In this document: positions 26,413 through 34,773 of the stretch, piece by piece
Layout: each line of letters opens with the position of its first letter
How positions within the stretch are numbered: position 1 is the first letter of the stretch
Assembly: GCA_001778985.1 (NCBI GenBank)
Contig: MFIU01000002.1
Span: forward strand, 1 to 55,825
Length of the DNA: 55,825 bases
Source: Candidatus Giovannonibacteria bacterium RIFOXYD1_FULL_48_21
Lineage (GTDB): Bacteria > Patescibacteriota > Minisyncoccia > JACPKW01 > UBA11713
Direction: 5' to 3'
Position numbers and translations under genes: made by a program
The notes under the pieces: model-generated
Told to the model about the DNA's origin: nothing
Seen by the model: the letters and a program-made list of their open reading frames with translations, nothing else
Databases searched by the model: none

Positions 26413-29400
26413 TTGGAATCAAGGCAACACAACGTAGCCGACCTAATGAAGCGGCTTGGGCTTTCCAAGACCACGATTTTGCGTTGGGAAAAGGAAGGCA
26501 AGATACCGCCAGGACGCCGCGACGAGCTTGGCTGGCGCTGGTGGACCGAGGAGGAATTTGAGGGAATAGCAAAACTTACTTCTTCGGATTTTTCGAGGGA
26601 ATTTTTACCGAAACTTTCCAAAAAACCTTCAATAAAAGAAACGCCGCGTTTTACCTTTCCTGCCTTGCCGGCCTTGTCGGCAGACAGGCCGGCAGGCAGG
26701 CCTTCTTTTCGTACTTTCTTGGCGCCGGCTCTTTTGGCGGTTTTGGTTTTTAGCGCGGTCGCGGCTGATTTCGTTTCTTATTTCGAGAACGCGAGCTTCG
26801 TCGCCTCCGAGCGCCTTCAATACTCCGCTTTGTATCTGCGAAATCTAGTTCCGGCCAAACCCAGCGTCCAGTTTTCGTTCCGGCTCCCTGACGATTATTT
26901 TCTCGCCATGGGCCAGGACTTGAAGTCCTCGCTTCCGGAAATCGGCGCAGGCCTCCAAGACGGAATTTTTGAATTGCGGCGCTTGGTCGCCAATGTCGAA
27001 CCTCCAAGGTTCGACATTCGAATTTTGCGCCCAAGAAAATTTTCTCTTAGTCCCGGCTATTTTAGTCAAAGCGGCGCGCTTTTGGCAAATTTGACCGGCG
27101 AGGCCGAGAACTTTTTTTACCGCGTCGGCCAAACTTTAAACCGAATTTTTGATGAAAACAAACAATTTGTTTACTCGCTTTTTGCGCCTGCCTCGCCGGA
27201 AGGCGGGCCTCCAAATTTAACATCCGATGTTGGAGGAGAAACACCGGGCGTCGCTCCGGTTCTGTCTTCCGAGACCCAGTTTTTGCGTTTTGAGATTGAC
27301 TCTCTGCGTAAGGAGCTCGAAGCGCTTCGGGCCGCAGGAGTTCGTCTGGAAGGCGAAAAAGTAGTCGAGCGTATTTTTGAGCGGACTTTGGCCGAATTGC
27401 CTTCAGGCGACCTTGACGCGAAACTCGCTTCTTTGAATCAAGCCTTGCGCGAGGAGATTCTGACGGTCAGACGAGCCTTGGACGAAAAAACCCAGGCGAA
27501 CTTCAACGCCCTCGCGCTCACGCAGAGAATAAATACCCTGGGCCCGGTTTCAATTTCTTCTCCAACCATCTCAACTCCCACCATTACCGGTCAGGTGGAT
27601 AGTCTTACGGTGCGAACTCTGACCATTACCGGAAGCTGTTCCGGCTGCGGCGGCGGAAGTTCTAATACCAGCGGCTGGACCGATGACGGAACTATCGTCA
27701 GGCTCACTGATATCGGGGATTTGGTTGGGATCGGAACTTCAAGCCCTTACGCAAAATTGTCAGTGGTGGGAGAAGTCGTGGCAGCTTCCTTCACTGCGAC
27801 TTCCACCACCGCTACCTCAACTTTTTCCTGGGGAATTCAAACCCCGGCTTTAAATGTAACTTCGACAAGCGCGACTTCTACCTTTTCAAACGGCTTAAGA
27901 CTTTCAGGAGGCTGTTTTGAGCTTTCCAATGGCACCTGCGCTGGTTCAGGTGCTTCCATTGGCGGAGCAATTTCCGGAGGAACTTCGGGCTCTGTTCTTT
28001 TCGTGGACGCGAGCGCGAATCTGGCCCAAGACAACGCGAACCTTTTTTGGGATGACACGGGAAATATCCTAAGGGTTCTCAATGCCTCCAGCACCAATGC
28101 TTCGGTGATAGGCACTTTGACTATTGGCGGAACCGCGACCACGACCTTGTCAGGCAACACCGCCACCAGCACTTTCGCAGCCGGACTCGCTCTGACCGGC
28201 ACCTTGGATGTGAATAGCTCGACTGCCACTTCCACCTTTGCCAACGGCTTGAGGGTGGAAGGAGGCTGCGTCACTGTGGCTGGAGCATGCCTGACCAACC
28301 TGGGCCAGTCAATTGACCTGGCTTCTGAAGTCAGCGGCGTCCTGCCGATTGCGAATGGCGGCACCAACAATTCTTCAGCTTACACTTCTGGCTCTGTGAT
28401 TTTCTCAAATGGAACCTCTCTCACCCAGGACAATTCAAATTTCTTCTTTGACGACGCCAACAACCGGCTGGGAATCGGAACCACCTCTCCTTGGGGAATC
28501 CTTTCAGTGGAATCCTCTGCCGCGGCCGGAGCAACAAATCCCATCTTCGTGGTCTCTGACCAAGGGACCAGCACTCCCTTCCTGATCGTGGAAGGAAATC
28601 GAGGTTTTGTCGGGATTGGTACGACCACGCCGCAAGCCCAACTAGGTCTTAGTACTTTCTCCGGCTTCCCAAGCTTTATGGTTGGCTCTTCCACGACCCA
28701 GTTTTTGATTGACAAAAACGGCAACGTAGGCATCGGGACGACGGGGCCAGGGGCGGCACTTGATACAAAAATTACTTCTACTGCTGGACAAGGTACACTG
28801 ATTGCTCAATTTGGTTCTCAAACGTCCGCCAGAATCAGGCTGTACGATGAAACATCCACATTGGGTCCGGCAATAGATTTCAACGCTGGGAATGTTGGAC
28901 GAATCACTGGGGCAGGGAACATTGCAATAATGCCAACCAACAACGGCAACGTCGGCATCGGGACGACGAGTCCGGGGCAATTGCTCTCGGTCGCGGGGGA
29001 TATTTTGGGAAATAATATTATCGGTTCTTACTTTACAGCCACTTCGACGACCGCCACCAGCACTTTCGCAGCCGGACTCGCTCTGACCGGCACACTCGAC
29101 GTAAACAGCACTTCAGCCACGAGCACTTTCGCCAACGGCATCAGAATAGAAGGCGGGGGATTGACTGCTTCCACCCTCACTTCCTGCACAGCTCTGGAAA
29201 CGGATGCAAACGGAAATGTCCTTTGCGGTTCTGATGCCACGGGTTCAGGAGTAGGGATAGGCGACACAGTTACCTCCGGCACTACCGGCTCGATACTATT
29301 TGTCGGCTCCGGCCCCGTGTTAGCCCAGGACAACGCCAACCTTTTTTGGGATGACACCAACAACCGGCTGGGCATCGGAACGACGAGCCCGTGGGCAAAA

Positions 29401-31638
29401 CTTTCTGTAAATAATTACAGCTCCGGAGCTTCATCAGTTCCTCTGTTTACCGTAGCTTCTTCAACCGGAACTGGCGCAACTTCCACCGCGTTTATTATTA
29501 ATTCAGTCGGCAATATCGGCATCGGGACGACGAGTCCAAATGCTCTACTGCATCTTTTTTCAACAGTAGCTTCAAACAATAATCCCCAGTTGATTCTTCA
29601 AAATTATGCTGCCGGAGGTTATTTGCCCAGTATTTTATTTCAAGGCAATGAGGCCGGTTCACCAAATACTTATTCTGTTTCAAGAATAGTCGGCGGTTTT
29701 GAAGGTGGAGCAAATTGGTCAGATGCGGCTCTTGGTTTTGACGTGGGACAAACGTTGTCAAGGGTAATAACCCTTAAAGGTACCGGCAACGTCGGCATCG
29801 CTTCTACGACTCCTTTCTCTACTCTTTCCGTAAACGGTAACGTATGGCTTAACTCGAATATCCTAAACATCGCTTCTTCTTCTGCCTCCACTTTAACTGT
29901 TAATTATTTATCACGCGCGACTACCACAATTCCTTCCAATCAAATCTACGCCTGGTCAATCGCCACCTCCACCACCGCTTCTCCCTTGCTCACTTTCAAC
30001 ACCAATGGGCCCTACGCCACAACCTCAATAAACGGCGGGTTCGTAATCGATTCTGGAGCGGTTAATTATGATTCATCAAGCGGCATAATTTCCGCGGATT
30101 CAATTCAGACCGGGCCTATGGGTTTTGACACCGACGCCGGAATTGTTTCCTGGATTGACATGCCGGTCGCGACCACTTCGACTTCCAGAATTTCCATGAG
30201 CTATTCGGCGCAGATTGATTCAATTCCGATTCTGACGGTCTATGGAGAATCAACTGCGGGCGGAGGCGTTTCCACCACCACCGTGGGTATCGGCACAACT
30301 ACCCCGACCTGGCTTTTGCATCTTGCTTCCACCACGCCCTACCTCGCGCTCTCGGACACTGATGCCGGGCTCGACCAGAAGCACTGGCTCATTTCCAATC
30401 AATCCGGCTCCTTGAGATTCGGGACTTCCTCGGACGCGAATCCCTTTTCCACCAGCACCAATTTTATGCTCCAGAGGGGCGGGAACGCCGCGGTGCCGAA
30501 AGGCGCTTTCTGCGTGGATGACGATAACAGCGAGTGTCCGGTCGGTGCAATCCAGGGACGTTTGTACTCCATCAACGCCACGGTGCTTACGGACGACATC
30601 GCGGAGTTCATGCGCTCGGCAGAAAGCTTGGAGCCGGGGGATATCGTGATTCCTGATTCTGATTTCAAAAACAAGACCGCACGAAGTTACGAGCAGGAGC
30701 GAAGAAGCCGTGATTTGGGAACCACACTCGGCTTGGACGAGATTGGAGTTAAAAAATCTGTCAAACCTTACGAGTCCGCCATCCTTGGAGTTATTTCCAC
30801 CAAGCCGGGAATCTCGCTTGGAGGCTTCGAACCCACTCTGCAGGATTATGAAGTTACGCTCGCCGGACGGGTTCCGGTGAAAGTTTCGCTCGAGGGCGGC
30901 GCGATTAAAATCGGAGACAGGATTACTTCGAGTCCGATACCGGGAGTGGGCATGAAGGCAACAAGTTCCGGAATCACCATCGGAATTGCGCTTGAAGATT
31001 TCAACCCTTCGACAGGCTCAGGGCAAGCGTCCTCCACCGAGAAAATTCTGGTTTTTGTAAATCTCGGCTACTCCAAACTTGACGCCTCCATTCAAGGCGG
31101 CGAGATTGTCGAGCCCTCGGCTGTAGCCCTACGGGCGAAGCTGGACGGCGAAGGAGAATCGGCTTTCTGGGGGATTGACCAAACTTCCGGACGCATTAAA
31201 TTCATCTCGCCCTTGGACCTCAACGATTTTGATATCGTGAACGTCCGAGCGATTCTGGGCTCCGGAGGGAAATGGTCGATTGATTTCTCCGGCCGCCTCA
31301 CAGCCGAGGAAGTGTATACCAAAAAACTTTGTCTGGAAGAAGTCTGCGTGACCAAAGAGGAGCTGAAGAAACTTCTGGACTTAGCCGGTTCGGCGAGCCA
31401 GGCTTCGTCGCCTGAGGAGCAAACCTCCGATGAAGGTTTACCGGAGGAGGGGCCTCCGGAAGAGCCCCAGCCCTCCTCAACCGCACCCGGGAAAACATCC
31501 GATGTTTTAACTTCTTCAACATCGGATGTTGAGGAGGGTGCGGTTTCACCGGGCGAAGAGAGCCCGCCGCCGGAGCCGCCTCCTGAGCCCGAGCCTCCTC
31601 CAGTTTCTGATACCAGTACCACCACTCCGGCAACATGA
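26413..31638 (+). CDS. giant (1,741 aa) membrane-anchored protein: N-terminal MerR-type HTH, one TM helix, coiled coil, tail-fibre-like Thr/Ser/Gly-rich repeats, and a Pro/Glu-rich tail
   Basis: It is a single uninterrupted ORF. The HTH is LGLSKTTILRWEKEGKIPPGRRDELGWRWWTEEEF and the TM segment is FLAPALLAVLVFSAVAADFV. There are nine G(I/V)G(T/S)(T/S)xP..L(S/H)(V/L) motifs and six ATSTF(A/S)xG(L/I) motifs. The start is TTG 26413 or ATG 26446. Confidence 0.8.
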   Translation: MESRQHNVADLMKRLGLSKTTILRWEKEGKIPPGRRDELGWRWWTEEEFEGIAKLTSSDFSREFLPKLSKKPSIKETPRFTFPALPALSADRPAGRPSFRTFLAPALLAVLVFSAVAADFVSYFENASFVASERLQYSALYLRNLVPAKPSVQFSFRLPDDYFLAMGQDLKSSLPEIGAGLQDGIFELRRLVANVEPPRFDIRILRPRKFSLSPGYFSQSGALLANLTGEAENFFYRVGQTLNRIFDENKQFVYSLFAPASPEGGPPNLTSDVGGETPGVAPVLSSETQFLRFEIDSLRKELEALRAAGVRLEGEKVVERIFERTLAELPSGDLDAKLASLNQALREEILTVRRALDEKTQANFNALALTQRINTLGPVSISSPTISTPTITGQVDSLTVRTLTITGSCSGCGGGSSNTSGWTDDGTIVRLTDIGDLVGIGTSSPYAKLSVVGEVVAASFTATSTTATSTFSWGIQTPALNVTSTSATSTFSNGLRLSGGCFELSNGTCAGSGASIGGAISGGTSGSVLFVDASANLAQDNANLFWDDTGNILRVLNASSTNASVIGTLTIGGTATTTLSGNTATSTFAAGLALTGTLDVNSSTATSTFANGLRVEGGCVTVAGACLTNLGQSIDLASEVSGVLPIANGGTNNSSAYTSGSVIFSNGTSLTQDNSNFFFDDANNRLGIGTTSPWGILSVESSAAAGATNPIFVVSDQGTSTPFLIVEGNRGFVGIGTTTPQAQLGLSTFSGFPSFMVGSSTTQFLIDKNGNVGIGTTGPGAALDTKITSTAGQGTLIAQFGSQTSARIRLYDETSTLGPAIDFNAGNVGRITGAGNIAIMPTNNGNVGIGTTSPGQLLSVAGDILGNNIIGSYFTATSTTATSTFAAGLALTGTLDVNSTSATSTFANGIRIEGGGLTASTLTSCTALETDANGNVLCGSDATGSGVGIGDTVTSGTTGSILFVGSGPVLAQDNANLFWDDTNNRLGIGTTSPWAKLSVNNYSSGASSVPLFTVASSTGTGATSTAFIINSVGNIGIGTTSPNALLHLFSTVASNNNPQLILQNYAAGGYLPSILFQGNEAGSPNTYSVSRIVGGFEGGANWSDAALGFDVGQTLSRVITLKGTGNVGIASTTPFSTLSVNGNVWLNSNILNIASSSASTLTVNYLSRATTTIPSNQIYAWSIATSTTASPLLTFNTNGPYATTSINGGFVIDSGAVNYDSSSGIISADSIQTGPMGFDTDAGIVSWIDMPVATTSTSRISMSYSAQIDSIPILTVYGESTAGGGVSTTTVGIGTTTPTWLLHLASTTPYLALSDTDAGLDQKHWLISNQSGSLRFGTSSDANPFSTSTNFMLQRGGNAAVPKGAFCVDDDNSECPVGAIQGRLYSINATVLTDDIAEFMRSAESLEPGDIVIPDSDFKNKTARSYEQERRSRDLGTTLGLDEIGVKKSVKPYESAILGVISTKPGISLGGFEPTLQDYEVTLAGRVPVKVSLEGGAIKIGDRITSSPIPGVGMKATSSGITIGIALEDFNPSTGSGQASSTEKILVFVNLGYSKLDASIQGGEIVEPSAVALRAKLDGEGESAFWGIDQTSGRIKFISPLDLNDFDIVNVRAILGSGGKWSIDFSGRLTAEEVYTKKLCLEEVCVTKEELKKLLDLAGSASQASSPEEQTSDEGLPEEGPPEEPQPSSTAPGKTSDVLTSSTSDVEEGAVSPGEESPPPEPPPEPEPPPVSDTSTTTPAT
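26659..26700 (+). repeat. GC-rich palindromic element (class B) in-frame in the giant ORF
   Basis: The arms CCTGCCTTGCCGGCC (26659-26673) and GGCCGGCAGGCAGG (26687-26700) are inverted repeats with one indel. The loop contains TGTC..GACA. The element encodes PALPALSADRPAGR, between the HTH and the TM helix. Confidence 0.7.
28159..28202 (+). repeat. 44-bp exact intragenic direct repeat (second copy at 29050-29093)
   Basis: ACCGCCACCAGCACTTTCGCAGCCGGACTCGCTCTGACCGGCAC is identical at both positions. It encodes TATSTFAAGLALTGT. Confidence 0.9.
31005..31029 (+). repeat. 25-bp interspersed element CCCTTCGACAGGCTCAGGGCAAGCG (copy 1, in the giant ORF, read as PSTGSGQA)
   Basis: It is identical to 31961-31985 and sits in the same reading frame in both genes. 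Variants occur at 1-16 and 47449-47465. Confidence 0.9.
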
Positions 31639-32153
31639 GCGTAAAAATCAAAATAATAATTTTAGTTTCAATCCTCATCGCGGCTGGCGCCACGGCTTTT
31701 TGGCTCTGGCCGGAGAAAACGGCGCCGGAGGCAGGAGGAGCGGATAAAAATGAATATAAATCCGAATTGTTCAATTTTTCTTTTACGCCTCCCAACTCTA
31801 ATCTCCAGGAATTTGACGACGAAAACGGGCACGTGATTTTGGGAAGTTCTTTTCAGATTTTCATAACTCCGTTTGACGAAACAGGGCCGATTACTCCGGA
31901 ACGGATTAAAAAAGATCTGCCGAACGCGGTTGTTGAAAATCCAACTCCGACAAAAGTAGGCCCTTCGACAGGCTCAGGGCAAGCGGACGCCTTGAGCTTT
32001 ATCGGGCAGGGAGACGGATTTAAAACCGCCGAAGTCTGGTTTGTCTGGCCGCCCGAACCCTACCCGAATGGGAATTACCTGTATCAGATAACGGCGAAGG
32101 TGGAAGACGCAAAATTGCTGGAAGGGATTATTTCAACATGGAGCTTCCAATAA
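31635..32153 (+). CDS. small membrane-anchored hypothetical protein (172 aa)
   Basis: Its ATG overlaps the giant ORF's stop (ATGA), which suggests translational coupling. The N-terminal TM segment is IIILVSILIAAGATAFWLW. No recognisable domain was found. Confidence 0.7.
   Translation: MSVKIKIIILVSILIAAGATAFWLWPEKTAPEAGGADKNEYKSELFNFSFTPPNSNLQEFDDENGHVILGSSFQIFITPFDETGPITPERIKKDLPNAVVENPTPTKVGPSTGSGQADALSFIGQGDGFKTAEVWFVWPPEPYPNGNYLYQITAKVEDAKLLEGIISTWSFQ
31961..31985 (+). repeat. 25-bp interspersed element, copy 2 (read as PSTGSGQA in the 172-aa ORF)
   Basis: It matches 31005-31029 exactly, while the flanks are unrelated. Confidence 0.9.
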
Positions 32154-32154
32154 A

Positions 32155-32183
32155 TTTTCAATTTTGCAATTTATAATTTTCAA
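32155..32183. repeat. left AT-rich inverted repeat flanking the four-helix-bundle gene
   Basis: TTTTCAATTTTGCAATTTATAATTTTCAA matches the reverse complement of 32586-32613 (TTATCAATTTACAATTTACAATTTTCAG) at about 24 of 28 positions by hand alignment. Confidence 0.55.
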
Positions 32184-32193
32184 TCAATTTTTA

Positions 32194-32562
32194 ATGAACC
32201 AATTTTCAAATCAGAAATACGATTTAGAAGAAAGAACAGCGCAATTCGGTGAAGCTATAATTAAGCTTTGTCGAAGCGTCAATCAAGATGTTATTGCGAA
32301 ACCGATTGTTTCCCAATTGATTCGTTCGGCTACCAGTATCGGCGCGAACTACATGGAAGCAAATGGCGCAAGTTCCAAAAAGGACTTTATCAATAAAATA
32401 TTTATTTGCAAAAAAGAAGCGCAAGAGACAAAGCACTGGCTACGCATGTTGGTCGTTTGTGCGCCTGATAAAAACTTAGAGGCAAGAAAGCTGTGGCAAG
32501 AATGCCAAGAGCTGACTTTGATATTCCAAAAAATCGCTTCGTCAGCGCGAAATAAAGTTTGA
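32194..32562 (+). CDS. four-helix-bundle protein (23S rRNA intervening-sequence protein / DGR Avd-like family)
   Basis: YDLEERT..F...I......V........SQLIRSATSIGANYMEANGA.SKKDF..K...C.KEA.ET.HWL is typical of the TIGR02436/PF05635 family. The start is taken at ATG 32194; the ORF track uses TTG 32164. Confidence 0.8.
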   Translation: MNQFSNQKYDLEERTAQFGEAIIKLCRSVNQDVIAKPIVSQLIRSATSIGANYMEANGASSKKDFINKIFICKKEAQETKHWLRMLVVCAPDKNLEARKLWQECQELTLIFQKIASSARNKV

Positions 32563-34766
32563 AAATTATTATGTTTGAGAATTCACTGAAAATTGTAAAT
32601 TGTAAATTGATAATTCCGCTTTTGGTTGTTTTGGTTTTTGTATTGTCGCCAAAAGCGGTTGATGCCGCCTTACTCATAAACCGCCCTCTTTACATCGGTC
32701 TAACCTCCGGCCTCGTCGGCTACTGGTCTTTTGACGGGCCGGATGTTGCCGGGATTCCCAGCACAGCAACCACACCTGGGACAGTTTACGATCGCTCTGG
32801 CAACGGAAATAACGGGCTATACTGGAATGCCACTGGCACGCCTCCCGCCATCGGCCGCATCGGCCAGGCGCTGGAATTCAAAGGAGCGCCCACTCGTACG
32901 TACGTAAAAGTTTCCAATTTCTGTTCACAGATTTCTAATAATGCGGGCGCTATCTCGGTTTGGATAAAAGCTGCAGTAATTACAACTGTTGTGAATGACA
33001 ACCATTATATTTTCAATTGCGGTTCGGGCCACAGCCCCTCCTTAGTGATTATAGGCGGGAGCACCCCAGCGCTTAGGTTTATAAAAAGTACTAGCAATAG
33101 TAACGTAATGTCGTCACCCGCCGCTAATCGTTGGTATTATATAGTTGCTACATGGGATACAAACGTACAACGCGTTTATGTTGATTCGGTTCAAACAGAT
33201 TCTGATGCTATAGCTTCAATATCTCCTTCTGGAGATGCAGCGATAGGCACTTTTGCTACCATTCCTCAAAATAACAATTATTTCAACGGCATCATTGACG
33301 ACTTCCGCGTCTACAACCGCGCGCTAACGGCCGACGAAATCAAGCGGCTATACAAAATCGGGGCGACGCTGAAAGTCAATAAACCCAGCTATACCGGTCT
33401 TGATTCCGGCCTCGTCGGATACTGGTCTTTTGACGGGCCGGATATGTACAACAACACTGCGCTTGACCGCTCCGGGCAGGGCAACAACGGCACCCTCACC
33501 AACGGCCCCAAACGCGCTATCGGCAAAATCGGCCAGGCGCTGGAGTTTGACGCCTTTTCTGGGACGCATTCTCATGTACAAGTAGGAGATAAAGCGAGTT
33601 TAGACTTTGGAACAAGCGACTTTACGCTTTCTGCGTGGATAAAAGCCAAAGCCACTCAGGATTCATTTCCATCAATAATACATAAAGGGGCGACCGCAGG
33701 AAGTGGTTCTCCAGGTTATTGGTGGATCCTCTCTTCTGGCATATCAAAATTTTTTATGAGCAACAGTACGAATAGAGTAGAAAGTATAGCGATTACAAAT
33801 CTTAGAGACAATAGCTGGCATCATGTTTCTGTAGTGGTTGACCGCGACGGCATGACAACTCATTACATCGATGGAATAGTTGATGACGCAGATAATTTAA
33901 GCTCTTACAGTGCCAGCGATATAAATGCAACAGAAGAGTTTAGTATAGGTGGAAGAGATACCGGAGGCTCGTTGGAATTTACCGGCCTCATTGATGACGT
34001 CCGCATCTACAACCGCGAGCTTTCTCCGGACGAAATCAAGCGGCTCTACCGCATCGGGGCGACGCTGAAGGTTAATAAACCCCTTGCCACCGGCTCTCTG
34101 ACCTCCGGCCTCGTCGGCTATTGGTCTTTTGACGGGCCGGATATGGCGGGAAACACGGCTTTTGACCGAAGCGGGCAGGGCAACAACGGTACGCTCACCA
34201 ACGGCCCTGTTCGCACTCTCGGCAAAATCGGCCAGGCGCTGGATTTTGATGGGAGTAATGATTATGTGGGTATGGGCGATCCTACAAGCGGCATTTTGGA
34301 TTTTTCTGATACTCAAAGCTTTACAATTTCTGTGTGGTCATATCGTACCGGTCCAAATACTATTGCTCAGCGATTAGTTGCTAAAAATCAAACTGGAGCA
34401 GCACAAAACGGTTATCGTTTGATTTATGAGACAGATGATAAGTACACGATGCGTGTTGATGACTCCGTTAATGGGGTTCAGGTTACCTCATCAGCTATGA
34501 ACACATTAAATATCTGGCACCATGTCGTTGGCGTCATTGATAGAGCAAATCAAATTTTGCGGCTATATGTTGACGGTGTGGAAAATGGAACCCCTCTTGA
34601 TATTTCAGCCGTAGGAAGCCTAGCAAATGCACTAAACTTCGATATAGGAGTTGCTAGCAACTTAACGGCTGGTAGTTTTGTGGTTGGTAAAATTGACGAT
34701 GTCCGCGTCTATAACAGGGTATTAACTAGCGATGAAATAAAACGTTTATATAATCTTGGCCGATGA
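32559..34766 (+). CDS. secreted or anchored protein with three tandem LamG (concanavalin-A-like lectin) modules
   Basis: It has an N-terminal hydrophobic anchor. The junction LVGYWSFDGPD...DRSG.GNNG......IGKIGQAL.FDG occurs three times and IDD.R.YNR.L...EIKRLY occurs three times. The start is TTG 32559 or ATG 32571. Confidence 0.8.
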   Translation: MKIIMFENSLKIVNCKLIIPLLVVLVFVLSPKAVDAALLINRPLYIGLTSGLVGYWSFDGPDVAGIPSTATTPGTVYDRSGNGNNGLYWNATGTPPAIGRIGQALEFKGAPTRTYVKVSNFCSQISNNAGAISVWIKAAVITTVVNDNHYIFNCGSGHSPSLVIIGGSTPALRFIKSTSNSNVMSSPAANRWYYIVATWDTNVQRVYVDSVQTDSDAIASISPSGDAAIGTFATIPQNNNYFNGIIDDFRVYNRALTADEIKRLYKIGATLKVNKPSYTGLDSGLVGYWSFDGPDMYNNTALDRSGQGNNGTLTNGPKRAIGKIGQALEFDAFSGTHSHVQVGDKASLDFGTSDFTLSAWIKAKATQDSFPSIIHKGATAGSGSPGYWWILSSGISKFFMSNSTNRVESIAITNLRDNSWHHVSVVVDRDGMTTHYIDGIVDDADNLSSYSASDINATEEFSIGGRDTGGSLEFTGLIDDVRIYNRELSPDEIKRLYRIGATLKVNKPLATGSLTSGLVGYWSFDGPDMAGNTAFDRSGQGNNGTLTNGPVRTLGKIGQALDFDGSNDYVGMGDPTSGILDFSDTQSFTISVWSYRTGPNTIAQRLVAKNQTGAAQNGYRLIYETDDKYTMRVDDSVNGVQVTSSAMNTLNIWHHVVGVIDRANQILRLYVDGVENGTPLDISAVGSLANALNFDIGVASNLTAGSFVVGKIDDVRVYNRVLTSDEIKRLYNLGR
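32586..32613. repeat. right AT-rich inverted repeat flanking the four-helix-bundle gene
   Basis: CTGAAAATTGTAAATTGTAAATTGATAA lies within the 5' end of the LamG ORF. See 32155-32183. Confidence 0.55.
32706..34142 (+). repeat. LamG module junction blocks recurring with a 699-bp period
   Basis: TCCGGCCTCGTCGG(C/A)TA(C/T)TGGTCTTTTGACGGGCCGGAT occurs at 32706, 33405 and 34104, a spacing of 699 and 699 bp. ATCGGCCAGGCGCTGGA is also present three times. Confidence 0.9.
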
Positions 34767-34773
34767 GCAAATT

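Noticed and set aside
26355-26621. An 88-aa minus-strand ORF spanning the start of the giant gene, and a 68-aa minus-strand ORF at 26113-26319.
   Set aside because: The first overlaps the HTH-coding 5' end of the giant ORF and the terminator hairpin. Both have low-complexity sequence and no motifs or RBS.
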